Shown: piece after piece, positions 42,574-52,277 of the stretch
Layout of the letters: each line of letters opens with the position of its first letter
How positions within the stretch are numbered: position 1 is the first letter of the stretch
NCBI GenBank assembly: GCA_963743305.1
Contig: CAVUPH010000007.1
Span: 64,001 to 128,000, forward strand
Length of the DNA stretch: 64,000 nt
Reading direction: 5' to 3'
From: an uncultured delta proteobacterium
GTDB lineage: Bacteria; Desulfobacterota; RBG-13-43-22
Program-made: the position numbers and the translations under genes
The notes under the pieces: model-generated
What the model was told of the DNA's origin: nothing
The model's input: the letters and a program-made list of their open reading frames with translations, nothing else
Databases searched by the model: none

Positions 42574-42756
42574 GCTGGTCGTATCTTCTAAAATAAATGT
42601 CAAATAAGAAAATAATCATCATCGGCGCCATCATCAGGAGCTTTTTAAATGCCACTTGGCCGCTGACGGCCTACGCCGCGGAATCCGCGCCGCCGCAGGA
42701 GAGGGTCGCCATGACAGGTTTTTGGACTTTTTGCGATACCCATAAGGATTAGCCAC

Positions 42757-43323
42757 ATGAAAAAGTCATTCGGCGCTAAAACCCTCATCTACCCAACGCC
42801 GGTCTGGTGCGTCGGCTCTTACGACTCCAACGGAAACCCGAACGTCATGACCGTCGCCTGGGGTGGAATTTGCTGCTCCCAGCCCCCCTGTGTGACCATT
42901 TCTCTCCGCAAGGCCACCTTCACCTATGGGAGCATCATGGCCAGGCAGGCCTACACCTTGAGCGTACCTTCTGTCGAGCATGTCCGGGAAGCCGATTTCT
43001 TCGGCGTGGTTTCCGGCCGGAGCGTCGACAAGTTCAAGGAGACCGGCCTGACCCCGGTCCGATCCGACTTGGTTGACGCCCCCTACGTTGGTGAGTTCCC
43101 CATGATCCTGGAATGCAAGGTTATCCACTACTACGAGATCGGGCTGCACACCCATTTCGTGGGAGAGATATTGGACGTCAAGATCGACGAGGCCTTTTTG
43201 GGTGGTGATGGGAAACCGGATATCGAGAAGATACGCCCGATCATCTTCAGCCCTGACGTTCAACATTACCACAGCGTTGGGCCTTTCATCGGCAAGGCAT
43301 TTGACATTGGCAGGAAACGGTAA
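42757..43323 (+). CDS. Flavin reductase / flavoredoxin family
   Basis: YPTPV, NVMTVAWGG, SGRSVDKF, LECKV, HTHFVGEI. Confidence 0.9.
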   Translation: MKKSFGAKTLIYPTPVWCVGSYDSNGNPNVMTVAWGGICCSQPPCVTISLRKATFTYGSIMARQAYTLSVPSVEHVREADFFGVVSGRSVDKFKETGLTPVRSDLVDAPYVGEFPMILECKVIHYYEIGLHTHFVGEILDVKIDEAFLGGDGKPDIEKIRPIIFSPDVQHYHSVGPFIGKAFDIGRKR

Positions 43324-43452
43324 GGGGGCGGTCACCCACTCCTTTTTCGGGCACCGATCAAAAGGGAGGCCCACCCGGGATGAGTTCCTCCAAACTAGGA
43401 TCGGCAACAAGAATTAGATCATTTCCAAAAAAGAAAGAGAGGAGAAAGCCCA

Positions 43453-43941
43453 ATGAGAAATGAAAAGAAACTGGCCATCGTATTGGCTGCTTGCCTCATG
43501 TTGGGGGGTAACACGCTGGTCCTGGCCAAGGGTGGCGGAGGTGGTGGAGGAGGAAAAGGCGGGGGCGGCGTGGCCGGGGTTCATAGCGGCGGTTCAGGGA
43601 GAACACTGGGGAAACATTTCGGTAATAAAGGGACTACCGCCAAGCAAAAGAAGTCCACAAAATCCAAGCAGGCGAAGCACGCCAAGAAACAGAAGCCTGC
43701 GCCTAAGCGGGTAGCGCCAAAGGCCACTCCAGCCATTCCGGCGACACCAGCGGTCCCGACCCCGGGAGTACCCGGTGCGGTGCCTGCTGTGCCAGCCACC
43801 CCGACAGCGCCTTCCAAGCCGGCGGGTCCAAAACCGATTTCGCCTGGCGCACCACCAGCCATCCCCGGGGCCCCAGCCAAAGCGGCATTGCCACCGGCTC
43901 CGCCGGTTCCGCCGGCACCCCCCGTGCCAATTAAACCCTAA
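43453..43941 (+). CDS. Exported low-complexity Gly/Lys/Pro-Ala-rich protein
   Basis: GGAG RBS, signal peptide, G-run, K-rich segment, PATP/PAVP repeats. Confidence 0.65.
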   Translation: MRNEKKLAIVLAACLMLGGNTLVLAKGGGGGGGGKGGGGVAGVHSGGSGRTLGKHFGNKGTTAKQKKSTKSKQAKHAKKQKPAPKRVAPKATPAIPATPAVPTPGVPGAVPAVPATPTAPSKPAGPKPISPGAPPAIPGAPAKAALPPAPPVPPAPPVPIKP

Positions 43942-43992
43942 TTTCATCAAGGCCAAGAAGCTCACGCAAGCCAAGGCTGCCGAGATGCTGGG

Positions 43993-44210
43993 GAGGACGG
44001 GGAGAGCATTCCCCATCTCCCGCTGTCCTTGAGTCAGGCGGCGGCCCGGTAGATCCTATTTGAACTCCGGGAGTGGCGGATCCATCCCCTGAAAGACGAC
44101 CAAGTCCTCACGGCCTGGAACGGCCTGATGATCGCCGCTTTAGCCAAGGCGGCCCAGGCCCTGAATGAGCCGGCCTTTGCCCGGGCCGCGGCCCGCTCGG
44201 CGGCCTTTTA
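43993..44210 (+). repeat. Degenerate partial duplicate of the yyaL interior (38957-39221)
   Basis: Near-identical runs such as GCCTGGAACGGCCTGATGATCGCCGC; internal deletion and a TAG in the copy. Confidence 0.9.
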
Positions 44211-44549
44211 AATCCTCTTTCCGGTATTGATTCGCATTTCGGTTTCTTGGCGGAACTGGGGAGAAGCTTGAAGCGCCGGCTTTCGATAGGAGTATGGGGG
44301 TTGAGATAGCTGGCTGTTTGGCTCTCAGGTTGGGTTGACACCAGATTTGGTCAATCAACCAATTATTCCAGAACTAGATGTCCCTACTCCTTTCTTTCTT
44401 GTTGACTTTAATAACCGGATTATTATAAGTTGCCCAATTGATGTAGGAATTATGGAATTATCTGGGCGGGATTCTATGGGTTCAAGTTTTTAGGATAAAA
44501 AGGCCGAAAGATTGTCACTATCTTATAAAAAGATAACGGAAGGAGTGAA

Positions 44550-46247
44550 ATGATGGCGTACTTACAACCCATTAATAAGGCTTTAAAACTTATTTTAGTT
44601 GTTTTTCTAGTCGTCATGGGTCTTCAGGCGTTTTCAGGGAAAGCTCAGGCCGGGACTATCCAGGGGACCGTCAGGGATTTTACCAGCGGAAACCCGATAT
44701 CCGGGATTTATGTGGAGGCCTTTGAGGTAAATTTTGGATATGTTTCCACCGGTGCTTCGCAAAACACCACGGATGCCAACGGGCAATACGCCTTAACGGT
44801 TTTTGGTAGCCCTAATGCCATTTATAAAGTATTCTTCCGTAGAACCAATTCCTCCATCACTTATATGGGCCAGTGGTATAACGACGCCTCTTCTTATTCC
44901 GCCGCGACCCCAGTAACGATTACCAGCGGGGCTACGGTTTCCGGCATCGATGCCTCCATGAAAATCGCCAGCGGAGGGTTTATATCCGGCCGGGTGACCG
45001 GGCCCAACGGCGCGGGGGTTTCAGGCGCCAACGTCTGGGTTTACGATTATGGCCAAAAAGTGCAATCGAAGCGTAGTCTGCTCTCGGCCGTTGCCGACAC
45101 TAATGGATATTATACTATTCTCTCGCCTGTCCCCCCCGGGACCTATAAAGTTGAATGTTATGATGGTGCTGTGGGAAGCAATAATCAGATCGAGTGGTGG
45201 CAAGGGAAAACCGGTTTCTCGACGGCGGATCCGTTTGTGGTCACTGCGGTGGGTGCTAACAAAGCCGATTGCCAACTTGCCGAGGGCGGGATAATTACCG
45301 GGGGCGTCACAGACCTATCGAACAGTCCAATCAATAACGCCGGCATAGTAGTCTATGATCAGAATCAAAGTATAGTTACTTATGGTTCCACGGACGTCAC
45401 CGGGATTTATACCATCAGGCGTATACCTCCCGGAAATTATAAGGTAAAGTTTAACGGCCCCTATAATACCAACTATTCCCCCCAATGGTATAACAATCAG
45501 GCCTCCTTCAACCAGGCGAATTGGGTCCCGGTGGTCGTCGGTAATCCCGCGTCCAATATCAATGCCCAGCTTCTTATCGGGGGAACTATCTCGGGGTCAA
45601 CCTCTACCGGCACCGCACTGGCCGACCGCCGTTCGCAGTCTGTGACGGGAGGGATCCTGGCGGGGTCCCCGACCTCCGGGGTTACCGTTAATGTGTACGA
45701 TGAATTCCAAAAGAAAGTTTCCTCCGGGGTGTCCGGCGTGGACGGCACCTTTTCGGTGGTGGGCCTTCCTTCCGGAAATTACAAAGTCGAGTTTACCCGA
45801 TATAATTTAGGGAGCACCTGGTTTAACGGTCATCGGACTTTTGACAGCGCCGACTGGGTTCCGGTGATTGCCGGGAGTACTAAACCCGAGGTAAGCGGAC
45901 AACTGGTTCCATCCGCGGTTATTTCCGGCAAAGTAACGGATACGCTGGGGACGGGGATAGCTAAAGTAACGGTGCGAGCCTATGACGACACGACGCTGGA
46001 ACAATTAAATCCCTCTGCTCTTACCGATAGCTTGGGTATTTACACGCTAAACAGCCTTTCTCCTGGGAGCAGCAAACTTTATTATGATTCCCATGGGACC
46101 GGTTTCTTTTCGGAATGGTGGGCTGAGAAAAAATCGGTAACCGAGGCGACCCCCATCGATCTCATCTCCGGGCAGACGTATGCCAACAAAGATGCCGTGT
46201 TGGACCCCAGTAAGGAAGTATATTTGCCTTTGGTCCTGAAAAATTAA
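44550..46247 (+). CDS. Secreted repeat protein with carboxypeptidase-regulatory-like (prealbumin-fold) domains
   Basis: Signal peptide (AQA); ~5 repeats ISGxVT...TDxxGxY...GxYKVxF...WY; C-terminus EVYLPLVLKN. Confidence 0.85.
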   Translation: MMAYLQPINKALKLILVVFLVVMGLQAFSGKAQAGTIQGTVRDFTSGNPISGIYVEAFEVNFGYVSTGASQNTTDANGQYALTVFGSPNAIYKVFFRRTNSSITYMGQWYNDASSYSAATPVTITSGATVSGIDASMKIASGGFISGRVTGPNGAGVSGANVWVYDYGQKVQSKRSLLSAVADTNGYYTILSPVPPGTYKVECYDGAVGSNNQIEWWQGKTGFSTADPFVVTAVGANKADCQLAEGGIITGGVTDLSNSPINNAGIVVYDQNQSIVTYGSTDVTGIYTIRRIPPGNYKVKFNGPYNTNYSPQWYNNQASFNQANWVPVVVGNPASNINAQLLIGGTISGSTSTGTALADRRSQSVTGGILAGSPTSGVTVNVYDEFQKKVSSGVSGVDGTFSVVGLPSGNYKVEFTRYNLGSTWFNGHRTFDSADWVPVIAGSTKPEVSGQLVPSAVISGKVTDTLGTGIAKVTVRAYDDTTLEQLNPSALTDSLGIYTLNSLSPGSSKLYYDSHGTGFFSEWWAEKKSVTEATPIDLISGQTYANKDAVLDPSKEVYLPLVLKN

Positions 46248-46260
46248 ATTGGAGCCCTCA

Positions 46261-46287
46261 GGGGGACGAGGAATCGCCTCGTCCCCC
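46261..46287. terminator. Strong hairpin after the secreted protein gene
   Basis: GGGGGACGAGG-AATCG-CCTCGTCCCCC; no clear T-run. Confidence 0.4.
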
Positions 46288-46332
46288 CCCTCTCCACAAG
46301 TTGTCGCAGGTCTTTCCACAGGTATTCCCTCC

Positions 46333-48192
46333 TTGAAGGAAAAAGGGCGAAAAAACAAAACCGTTTCCCATGGCCAAACTCCACGGGAAAGGAGCAATAA
46401 AAAGGGGCTCTATTTCCTTTGGTCCCTTCTCGTGGTCACTTTTCTGACCTATCTCCCGGCCCTGACCGCCCATTTCGTGAACTGGGATGATCCCCTTTAC
46501 GTTACCGACAGCCCCTGGATCCGGTTGTCGATTGAAAACATAAAGGCCCTTTTTTTCTCCTTTCCCGGGAAAGTCAACCTACCTTTGACCAGGCTTTCCC
46601 TTTCCCTGAACCACGCCGTCTCCGGATTTAACCCCTGGTCCTATCATTTTATAAATATCCTGCTGCACCTGTTGAATACCGCTCTGGTCTATTCGCTGGT
46701 GCGCACAGTTTCCCGGGCCCTGAACGGCGACAAAGTGGAGGAAGTTGCCCTGATCACGGCCGCTTTTTTCGGGCTTCATCCCCTGCATGTGGAATCCGTG
46801 GCCTGGGTGGCGGAACGGAAGGACGTTTTATACACGGCTTTTTTCCTTGGATCCCTGATCTGCTATTTATGGTATATCCTGCAAGAAAAAACGGGCCTTT
46901 TCTTCTTGTCCCTGGCCCTGTTCATTTTTTCCTTATTATCCAAAGCCCAGGCCGTTACCTTACCCCTGATCCTGGTGGCGTTGGACTGGCTGGTACAAAG
47001 AAAAACCACCATCGGGCGGTGGCTGATGGAAAAGGGGCCTTTTTTCGCCATTTCACTGGCTTTTGGTCTCTGGAATCTCCTGCTAACCAAAGGCTTGCAG
47101 GCGACAGACCCGGAATTTATCAATCCGTTGAGTCACTTTACCTTTTGGCAACGCCTGCTACTTACCGGCTATGCCTTCAGCCACTACCTATTAAAAACCA
47201 TAGCCCCTTTCAAATTGTCCGTGATCTATCCTTACCCCGAACTGACCGGAGGGGCGCTTTCCTCTCTTTACTCGATCTACCTTATCCCGATCATCGGCAT
47301 CATCGTCCTCTTGGTTTATCTGGGCCGAAGGGACCGGGTGGCCGCATTCGCCGTTTTGTTTTTTTTGATCAACATTGGCGTAACCTTTCAGACGATTATC
47401 GGTATCACCCCCTCTATCATGAACGATCGCTACACCTATCTCGCTTCCATCGGGGTATTCTTCCTCTTCGCCCTGCTGCTCCGCCAGGCCCTGATCCGCT
47501 GGAGCCCCTGGACGAGAGGGATCCAGGTGTTCCTTCTGGTCGGTCTGGGTCTGCTGGCCGTGGTCGCCTTCCAGCGAACCAAGGTCTGGCAGGACAGCCT
47601 CAGCCTGTGGAACGACGTACTCGTCAAATACGACCGCGTGGCCCTTGCCTGGATAAACCGGGGGGAGGCCCGAGCAGGCCTGAGGGATTTTGCCGGGGCG
47701 GAAAATGATTTTGACCGGGCGCTGGAACTCGACCCCCAAAGCAGCCTGGCCTGGGCCAACCGGGGGGCGGCCAGAATCAAAAGGGGTGATTTCAAAGGAG
47801 CAATGTCGGACCTGGAACAGGCGGTTTTACTCAATCCGGCCTATGGGGATGCCTATCTGAACCGCGGAACGGCCAGGGTTTCACTGGGCGATGTCCAAGG
47901 CGCCCTGCAGGATTTTACCAAAGCGGTCACGCTGCAACCCGGCTCGGTCAAGGCTTTGACCAACCGGGGGTTTGCCAAGCTGATCCTGGGGGACCCGAAG
48001 GGCGCCCTGGCGGACTGCGATCGGGCGCTGGCCTTGGCCCCCGAATACGGGAAGGCGCTCTGGGGGCGCGGGTCGGCCCGGATCAGGATGGGAAACCGGT
48101 CGGAGGGCTGCGCGGATTTGAAAAATGCCTTGAATGTGGGGGGGGACTCCGCTAGATTGGAATTTCAGGAACATTGTCAAAATCTTAAATAG
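46333..48192 (+). CDS. TMTC-like GT-C membrane glycosyltransferase with C-terminal TPRs
   Basis: FVNWDD loop, LHPLHVESVAWVAERKD, DRYTY, ~11 TM helices, TPRs (NRG...ALxLxP); start uncertain. Confidence 0.85.
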   Translation: MKEKGRKNKTVSHGQTPRERSNKKGLYFLWSLLVVTFLTYLPALTAHFVNWDDPLYVTDSPWIRLSIENIKALFFSFPGKVNLPLTRLSLSLNHAVSGFNPWSYHFINILLHLLNTALVYSLVRTVSRALNGDKVEEVALITAAFFGLHPLHVESVAWVAERKDVLYTAFFLGSLICYLWYILQEKTGLFFLSLALFIFSLLSKAQAVTLPLILVALDWLVQRKTTIGRWLMEKGPFFAISLAFGLWNLLLTKGLQATDPEFINPLSHFTFWQRLLLTGYAFSHYLLKTIAPFKLSVIYPYPELTGGALSSLYSIYLIPIIGIIVLLVYLGRRDRVAAFAVLFFLINIGVTFQTIIGITPSIMNDRYTYLASIGVFFLFALLLRQALIRWSPWTRGIQVFLLVGLGLLAVVAFQRTKVWQDSLSLWNDVLVKYDRVALAWINRGEARAGLRDFAGAENDFDRALELDPQSSLAWANRGAARIKRGDFKGAMSDLEQAVLLNPAYGDAYLNRGTARVSLGDVQGALQDFTKAVTLQPGSVKALTNRGFAKLILGDPKGALADCDRALALAPEYGKALWGRGSARIRMGNRSEGCADLKNALNVGGDSARLEFQEHCQNLK

Positions 48193-48208
48193 TTTTTCGA
48201 GGATTATG

Positions 48209-49051
48209 ATGCGCTGGAAGCAATTATTCACACCGGTTAAAGCCGTCGAACCGGAAGAAGCCATGGCTCTGATAGCCCAATGGGCGGAGGGCTCTTATAC
48301 CCTGCTGGACGTCCGGCAGCCGGGGGAATATGAACGAGAGCATTTGCCTGGGGCGAAGTTGGTTCCTCTACCGAATCTCGCGGACTCCTTAAAGGAATTG
48401 GATCCACAGAAGCCGGTTATTGTTTACTGAGCGGTAGGCGGAAGGAGCCGCGTGGCGGCTCAATTCTTATCGGGACAAGGGTTCGGGGAAGTCTATAACC
48501 TCAAGGGGGGGATCAAAGCCTGGCAGGGGGCGAAGGCCTTCGGCCCGGTGGAGTTGAACCTGGATTTGATACACGGCGATGAAACCCCGCCGGAGATCAT
48601 TTCCCTGGCCTACGGGATGGAAGAGGCCTTGCGCCGGTTTTATGTCTTTTTTAAAGACAGGACCTCCGAGGGAGAACTTCAAAAACTCTTAATCCTTTTG
48701 GCCTCGGTGGAGGAAAAACATAAGGAAATCTTGCAGGCCTTGTACCTGGAACTCCACGATGCCTCGCGGGAGTCAAAACCATTGGAGGAGAGGACCCAGG
48801 CCGAAGTGCTGGAAGGAGGTTTTCGATTTACCGATTTTATCCGAGAAAATGAACCGCTGTTGAAAAGCCCCGCTGCTGTGCTGGAGACCGCCCTGATGCT
48901 GGAGACCCAGGCCCTGGACCTTTACCTGCGGTTCGCGGCCAAGGTGGGGGAGGGTGGTACGAAAAACGTCCTTTTTCGCCTGGGGGACGAGGAAAAGGCC
49001 CATCTAGCCTCCCTGGGCCGACTGCTGGATGAAACGTTGCAACGAAAATAA
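48209..49051 (+). CDS. Selenoprotein: rhodanese domain fused to ferritin-like domain (Sec at TGA 48428-48430)
   Basis: ORFs 48134..48430 and 48452..49051 are in one frame; LLDVRQPGEY...HLPGA...VIVY-U-AVGGRS places TGA at the catalytic Cys; C-part has EEKH and EEKAH. Confidence 0.9.
48445..48461 (+). promoter_or_regulatory. Putative bacterial SECIS hairpin
   Basis: GAGCCGC-GTG-GCGGCTC perfect stem starting 14 nt after UGA, G in the apical loop. Confidence 0.75.
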
Positions 49052-49210
49052 ATCAGCGGGTTAAACGGTCCGGGGAGAGGGGGAGAGATCCTTGCTCTTA
49101 TCCGACCGGGGCGAATAACCGGACCCAGGGCTGATTTCCTTTAATGTGGGTAGACCCTATTCACGAATCGTCCTTTTGGGGTACACGTGAAAATTATCTG
49201 CATTTTTTTC

Positions 49211-49239
49211 TTGACAAAGATGTTTAGATGGTATACGCT
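49211..49239 (+). promoter_or_regulatory. Promoter of the MarR gene with overlapping palindromic operator
   Basis: TTGACA-17 nt-TACGCT; TGTTTA-N5-TATACG at 49221-49237. Confidence 0.6.
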
Positions 49240-49247
49240 TATTTTTC

Positions 49248-49707
49248 ATGAGCCAATCGAACGCCTCCAGGTTTTCACTTGTTGGGAAATTCGGCCGGGT
49301 GGCAAAACTCTGGGAGCAGTTGGACAAAAAGCCGCGCCAATTCGGGACCGGGGAAGACTTCTCCGGCTCTGAAATCCACCTGATTGAGGTAGTAGGACAG
49401 AACGAGGGGCTCAGCGTGACCGCCCTGGCTAAACGGTTAGGTATAACCAAGGGTGCGGTATCTCAAACACTGAAAAGGCTGGCCGGCAAAGAGATCATTG
49501 TGAAAGAGACCGATCCGTCCAACACGTCGCGGGTGACCGTGAATCTTTCGACGAAAGGCAAAGTGGCCTTCTTCGCCCATCTGCACTGGCATGAGACCAT
49601 GGATGGCGGCTTTCGGGACTATTTCCTGGGGCTTATCTGAGGAGCGGATTCGGTTCCTTGATGAGTTTCTGACTATACTGGAGCAATTCCTGAAGAGGAG
49701 GAAATGA
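49248..49707 (+). CDS. MarR-family regulator; frameshift near 49630
   Basis: SEIHLIEVVG, VTALAKRLGITKGAVSQ, LSTKG; removing one G gives GLSEERIRFLDEFL. Confidence 0.85.
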
Positions 49708-49723
49708 TTTTTTTTCAGTATAG

Positions 49724-49740
49724 TGTATAGCAAATAAACA
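49724..49740. promoter_or_regulatory. Second copy of the putative MarR operator
   Basis: TGTATA-N5-TAAACA upstream of the methyltransferase. Confidence 0.55.
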
Positions 49741-49759
49741 CAGTAGACAGGAGGCTCTC

Positions 49760-50326
49760 ATGAGATGGACCATCAGCGGCAAGGGTGTGGACCGAATGCC
49801 CGGTTTTGCTTTTCGGATGATGAAGGTGCTGTTCGAGGTCAGGGACAGATTCGTGTCGGTATCCTCCCTCCTGGAGGAGTTCGATATTAAACCGGGGCAG
49901 ACCGTGGTCGACTATGGCTGCGGTCCGGGATCATACCTCCAGCGCGCCTCCGAATTGACGGGACCACAGGGACGGGTATTCGCTCTCGATATCCACGAAC
50001 TCGCCATCCAGGCAGTGATGAAACGGGCCATTAAGGAACGGCTGACCAATGTGACCGCGGTAGTAACAGACCGCAATAAATGTTCCTTGGCCGATGAGAC
50101 GGCCGATGTCATCTACGCGCTGGACATGTTTCATATGGTGAGCGATCCCAGGGGCCTGCTGAGGGACTTGAACCGGATATCGAAAAGAAGCGGCTTTCTT
50201 TTTATAGACAACGGTCATCAAAGCAGAGACGAGGCCCGATCGAAGATTATTGATTCGGGTGGGTGGGAGCTGGTCGAGGAAAAGAGGCGCTACATGAAAT
50301 GGCGTCCTCTCAAAAAAGAGGCGTAG
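49760..50326 (+). CDS. Class I SAM-dependent methyltransferase
   Basis: VVDYGCGPG, ALDIH, ADVIY; GGAGG RBS. Confidence 0.9.
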   Translation: MRWTISGKGVDRMPGFAFRMMKVLFEVRDRFVSVSSLLEEFDIKPGQTVVDYGCGPGSYLQRASELTGPQGRVFALDIHELAIQAVMKRAIKERLTNVTAVVTDRNKCSLADETADVIYALDMFHMVSDPRGLLRDLNRISKRSGFLFIDNGHQSRDEARSKIIDSGGWELVEEKRRYMKWRPLKKEA

Positions 50327-50572
50327 CCGAACGCCAGCATTCAACCAACCAGAGGTCCTCCTTCCGCAGAAGTCCGCTCCCAATTCGCCGCTCGAAGGGT
50401 TCAAAGGATTGGCAGCGGGTCTGATTCCCTAGGACTCCGCTCCTGGGCGGCCGAGATTTTCCGAACTCTCGGAGCCGAACCTCTCCACCGCATCGTCGCA
50501 CCGAATATTCGCGGCGCCGATGGCCTAGCCCCGCGCCTGGTCCGCGGGCAACCCGCCGAAACGGAGAACCGC

Positions 50573-51640
50573 TTATTGCTTCAGGATCAGGGGCAAATAA
50601 ATCGCACGGAACAGGTCGAAGCTGTCAAATAGGGCGTAAGTTCCCGTGTTGCCGCTATAGCTGTTAACCGTTACCCGGCTACCGTCGATATCCACCACGC
50701 TGAAATAATAGGTGTCGGGGGCATTGAAGACCTGCCAGAGCGTGGGATCCACTATGAGGGGGTCAGTGTCCACCGGGGCGCCGCAGGTGCCGCTGAGAAG
50801 CTGAACGACATTGTTCTGCCAGGGGGGACGCGGCGGGTCGGTCTGGAGGTCGGGGGTAATACTGCTGTCAATGGTCTTCCGGGAATAGAGATGCGAATGC
50901 CCGCAGGCGTAGAGGTCAAACCGGTTCTGATCCAGGATAGACCACAGTTTCGTAAAGCTGACATTCGCAATAGACGGTTCGGAAGGGTTATTGGTGACAT
51001 AGTAATAGGGCGTATGCATGAAAAGAAATTTATGGCGGGCCGTGGTTTTGGTCAATTGGTCGGCCAGCCAGTCTAATTGAGTATCATCGATGTTACCGCC
51101 CACGTCGGGGTTGGGATTATCGGCGGTAAGGTAATAGGGGTCCAGCGTGGCAAAGAAGGCGTCGCCGCCGGGAGAGGTGAAGGAATAGACCAGACGCTCA
51201 TAACCGGGCGGCCCGTTGCCGGGATTCTCCGAAAAGGCTATTTGGAATTGGTGCTGGTTCTCCAAAAGGAATCCGCCTGTGGTTGGGAAGCCAAAGAGTT
51301 CATGATTGCCGATGGCAGTGTATAAGGCTACTCCGGCGCTCGTCAGGGGCGCGAAAAGGTCTTTCCAGGTCTGGAAGGTATATTCGCTGCCGTTAAATCC
51401 GGTGGAGACCATATCGCCGGCGAAGACCACAAACGCCGGTTGGGGAGATAAGGCCTGGATTTGGGAAATGATGGCGTTCAAAACGGGCGTGTTGATCGGC
51501 AAGCTGGCGCCTCCCTGGCTGTCAGCCATAAAGACGAAACGCAGTTTTTCGCAATGCCCGGAGGTTGGCAGGAACACCGCCGTGAGCAGTGCCGCAACCA
51601 GGCAGAGGACCGGGACGACTCTTTTTAACTTGGCAATCAT
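50573..51640 (-). CDS. Secreted metallophosphoesterase
   Basis: Signal peptide; ADSQ, GDMV, GNHE, HTP, GHSH; C-terminus AIYLPLILKQ. Confidence 0.88.
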   Translation of the reverse strand: MIAKLKRVVPVLCLVAALLTAVFLPTSGHCEKLRFVFMADSQGGASLPINTPVLNAIISQIQALSPQPAFVVFAGDMVSTGFNGSEYTFQTWKDLFAPLTSAGVALYTAIGNHELFGFPTTGGFLLENQHQFQIAFSENPGNGPPGYERLVYSFTSPGGDAFFATLDPYYLTADNPNPDVGGNIDDTQLDWLADQLTKTTARHKFLFMHTPYYYVTNNPSEPSIANVSFTKLWSILDQNRFDLYACGHSHLYSRKTIDSSITPDLQTDPPRPPWQNNVVQLLSGTCGAPVDTDPLIVDPTLWQVFNAPDTYYFSVVDIDGSRVTVNSYSGNTGTYALFDSFDLFRAIYLPLILKQ

Positions 51641-51719
51641 TGGTGAACTCCTTGAATTAACTGAGATTAGAGGGTGAGGTTAGGGTGATAGGAATTTGGG
51701 GTGAGGTAAGATCTTTCTC

Positions 51720-52274
51720 TTACTGGTATAAGTATGGGGCCAACGGCCCGGGTGAGTCAAGAAGAATGTTTCTTGACCCCGGGGCCGTCTCCCGGCAGAT
51801 AAGAATCCGGGATCGAGCGGAGACCTTTAGAACAAAACCAATCACCAGGAGAACGACGGAGGCCAGGCTGAGCGAGGCGCGAACTATATTGGCGACTTGG
51901 AGTCTTCGGCGCTCCTCATGTAGCGCAGCCACAGCGCTGCTTTCCAGGGCCTCGACTCTGGCATAGATCGGGAGAGCGGTGGACTTGGAGACGATCGAGG
52001 TGATCACCCAAAGGACCAGCCCCGCCGTGAACCAGCGATTGCTGAAACCATAGAAGATAAAATAGGGCACCATGCCGATAAAGGTAATACTCGATACAGC
52101 GATGGCATAAGGCGACCTCAAGGCGCGTGTTTTCAACAGGGTCAAGAAACGTTTGAAGGCGGCCTCGTCCAAATCATTCATTACCCCCTGGATCACCCCG
52201 GCGACAAATATCACAAATCCGGCACAGAGGGCCGTGGGGACGAGAAGCAGGATTTCAACAAAAGTTTGAGTCAT
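51720..52274 (-). CDS. DUF1772-like membrane protein
   Basis: 4 TM helices, LPIY...ANIVRA pattern. Confidence 0.55.
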   Translation of the reverse strand: MTQTFVEILLLVPTALCAGFVIFVAGVIQGVMNDLDEAAFKRFLTLLKTRALRSPYAIAVSSITFIGMVPYFIFYGFSNRWFTAGLVLWVITSIVSKSTALPIYARVEALESSAVAALHEERRRLQVANIVRASLSLASVVLLVIGFVLKVSARSRILICRETAPGSRNILLDSPGPLAPYLYQ

Positions 52275-52277
52275 CTT

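Noticed and set aside
50327-50450. attC-like start GCCGAAC-N5-CATTCAACC after the methyltransferase
   Set aside because: No matching L'/R' half with GTT was found; at most a remnant.
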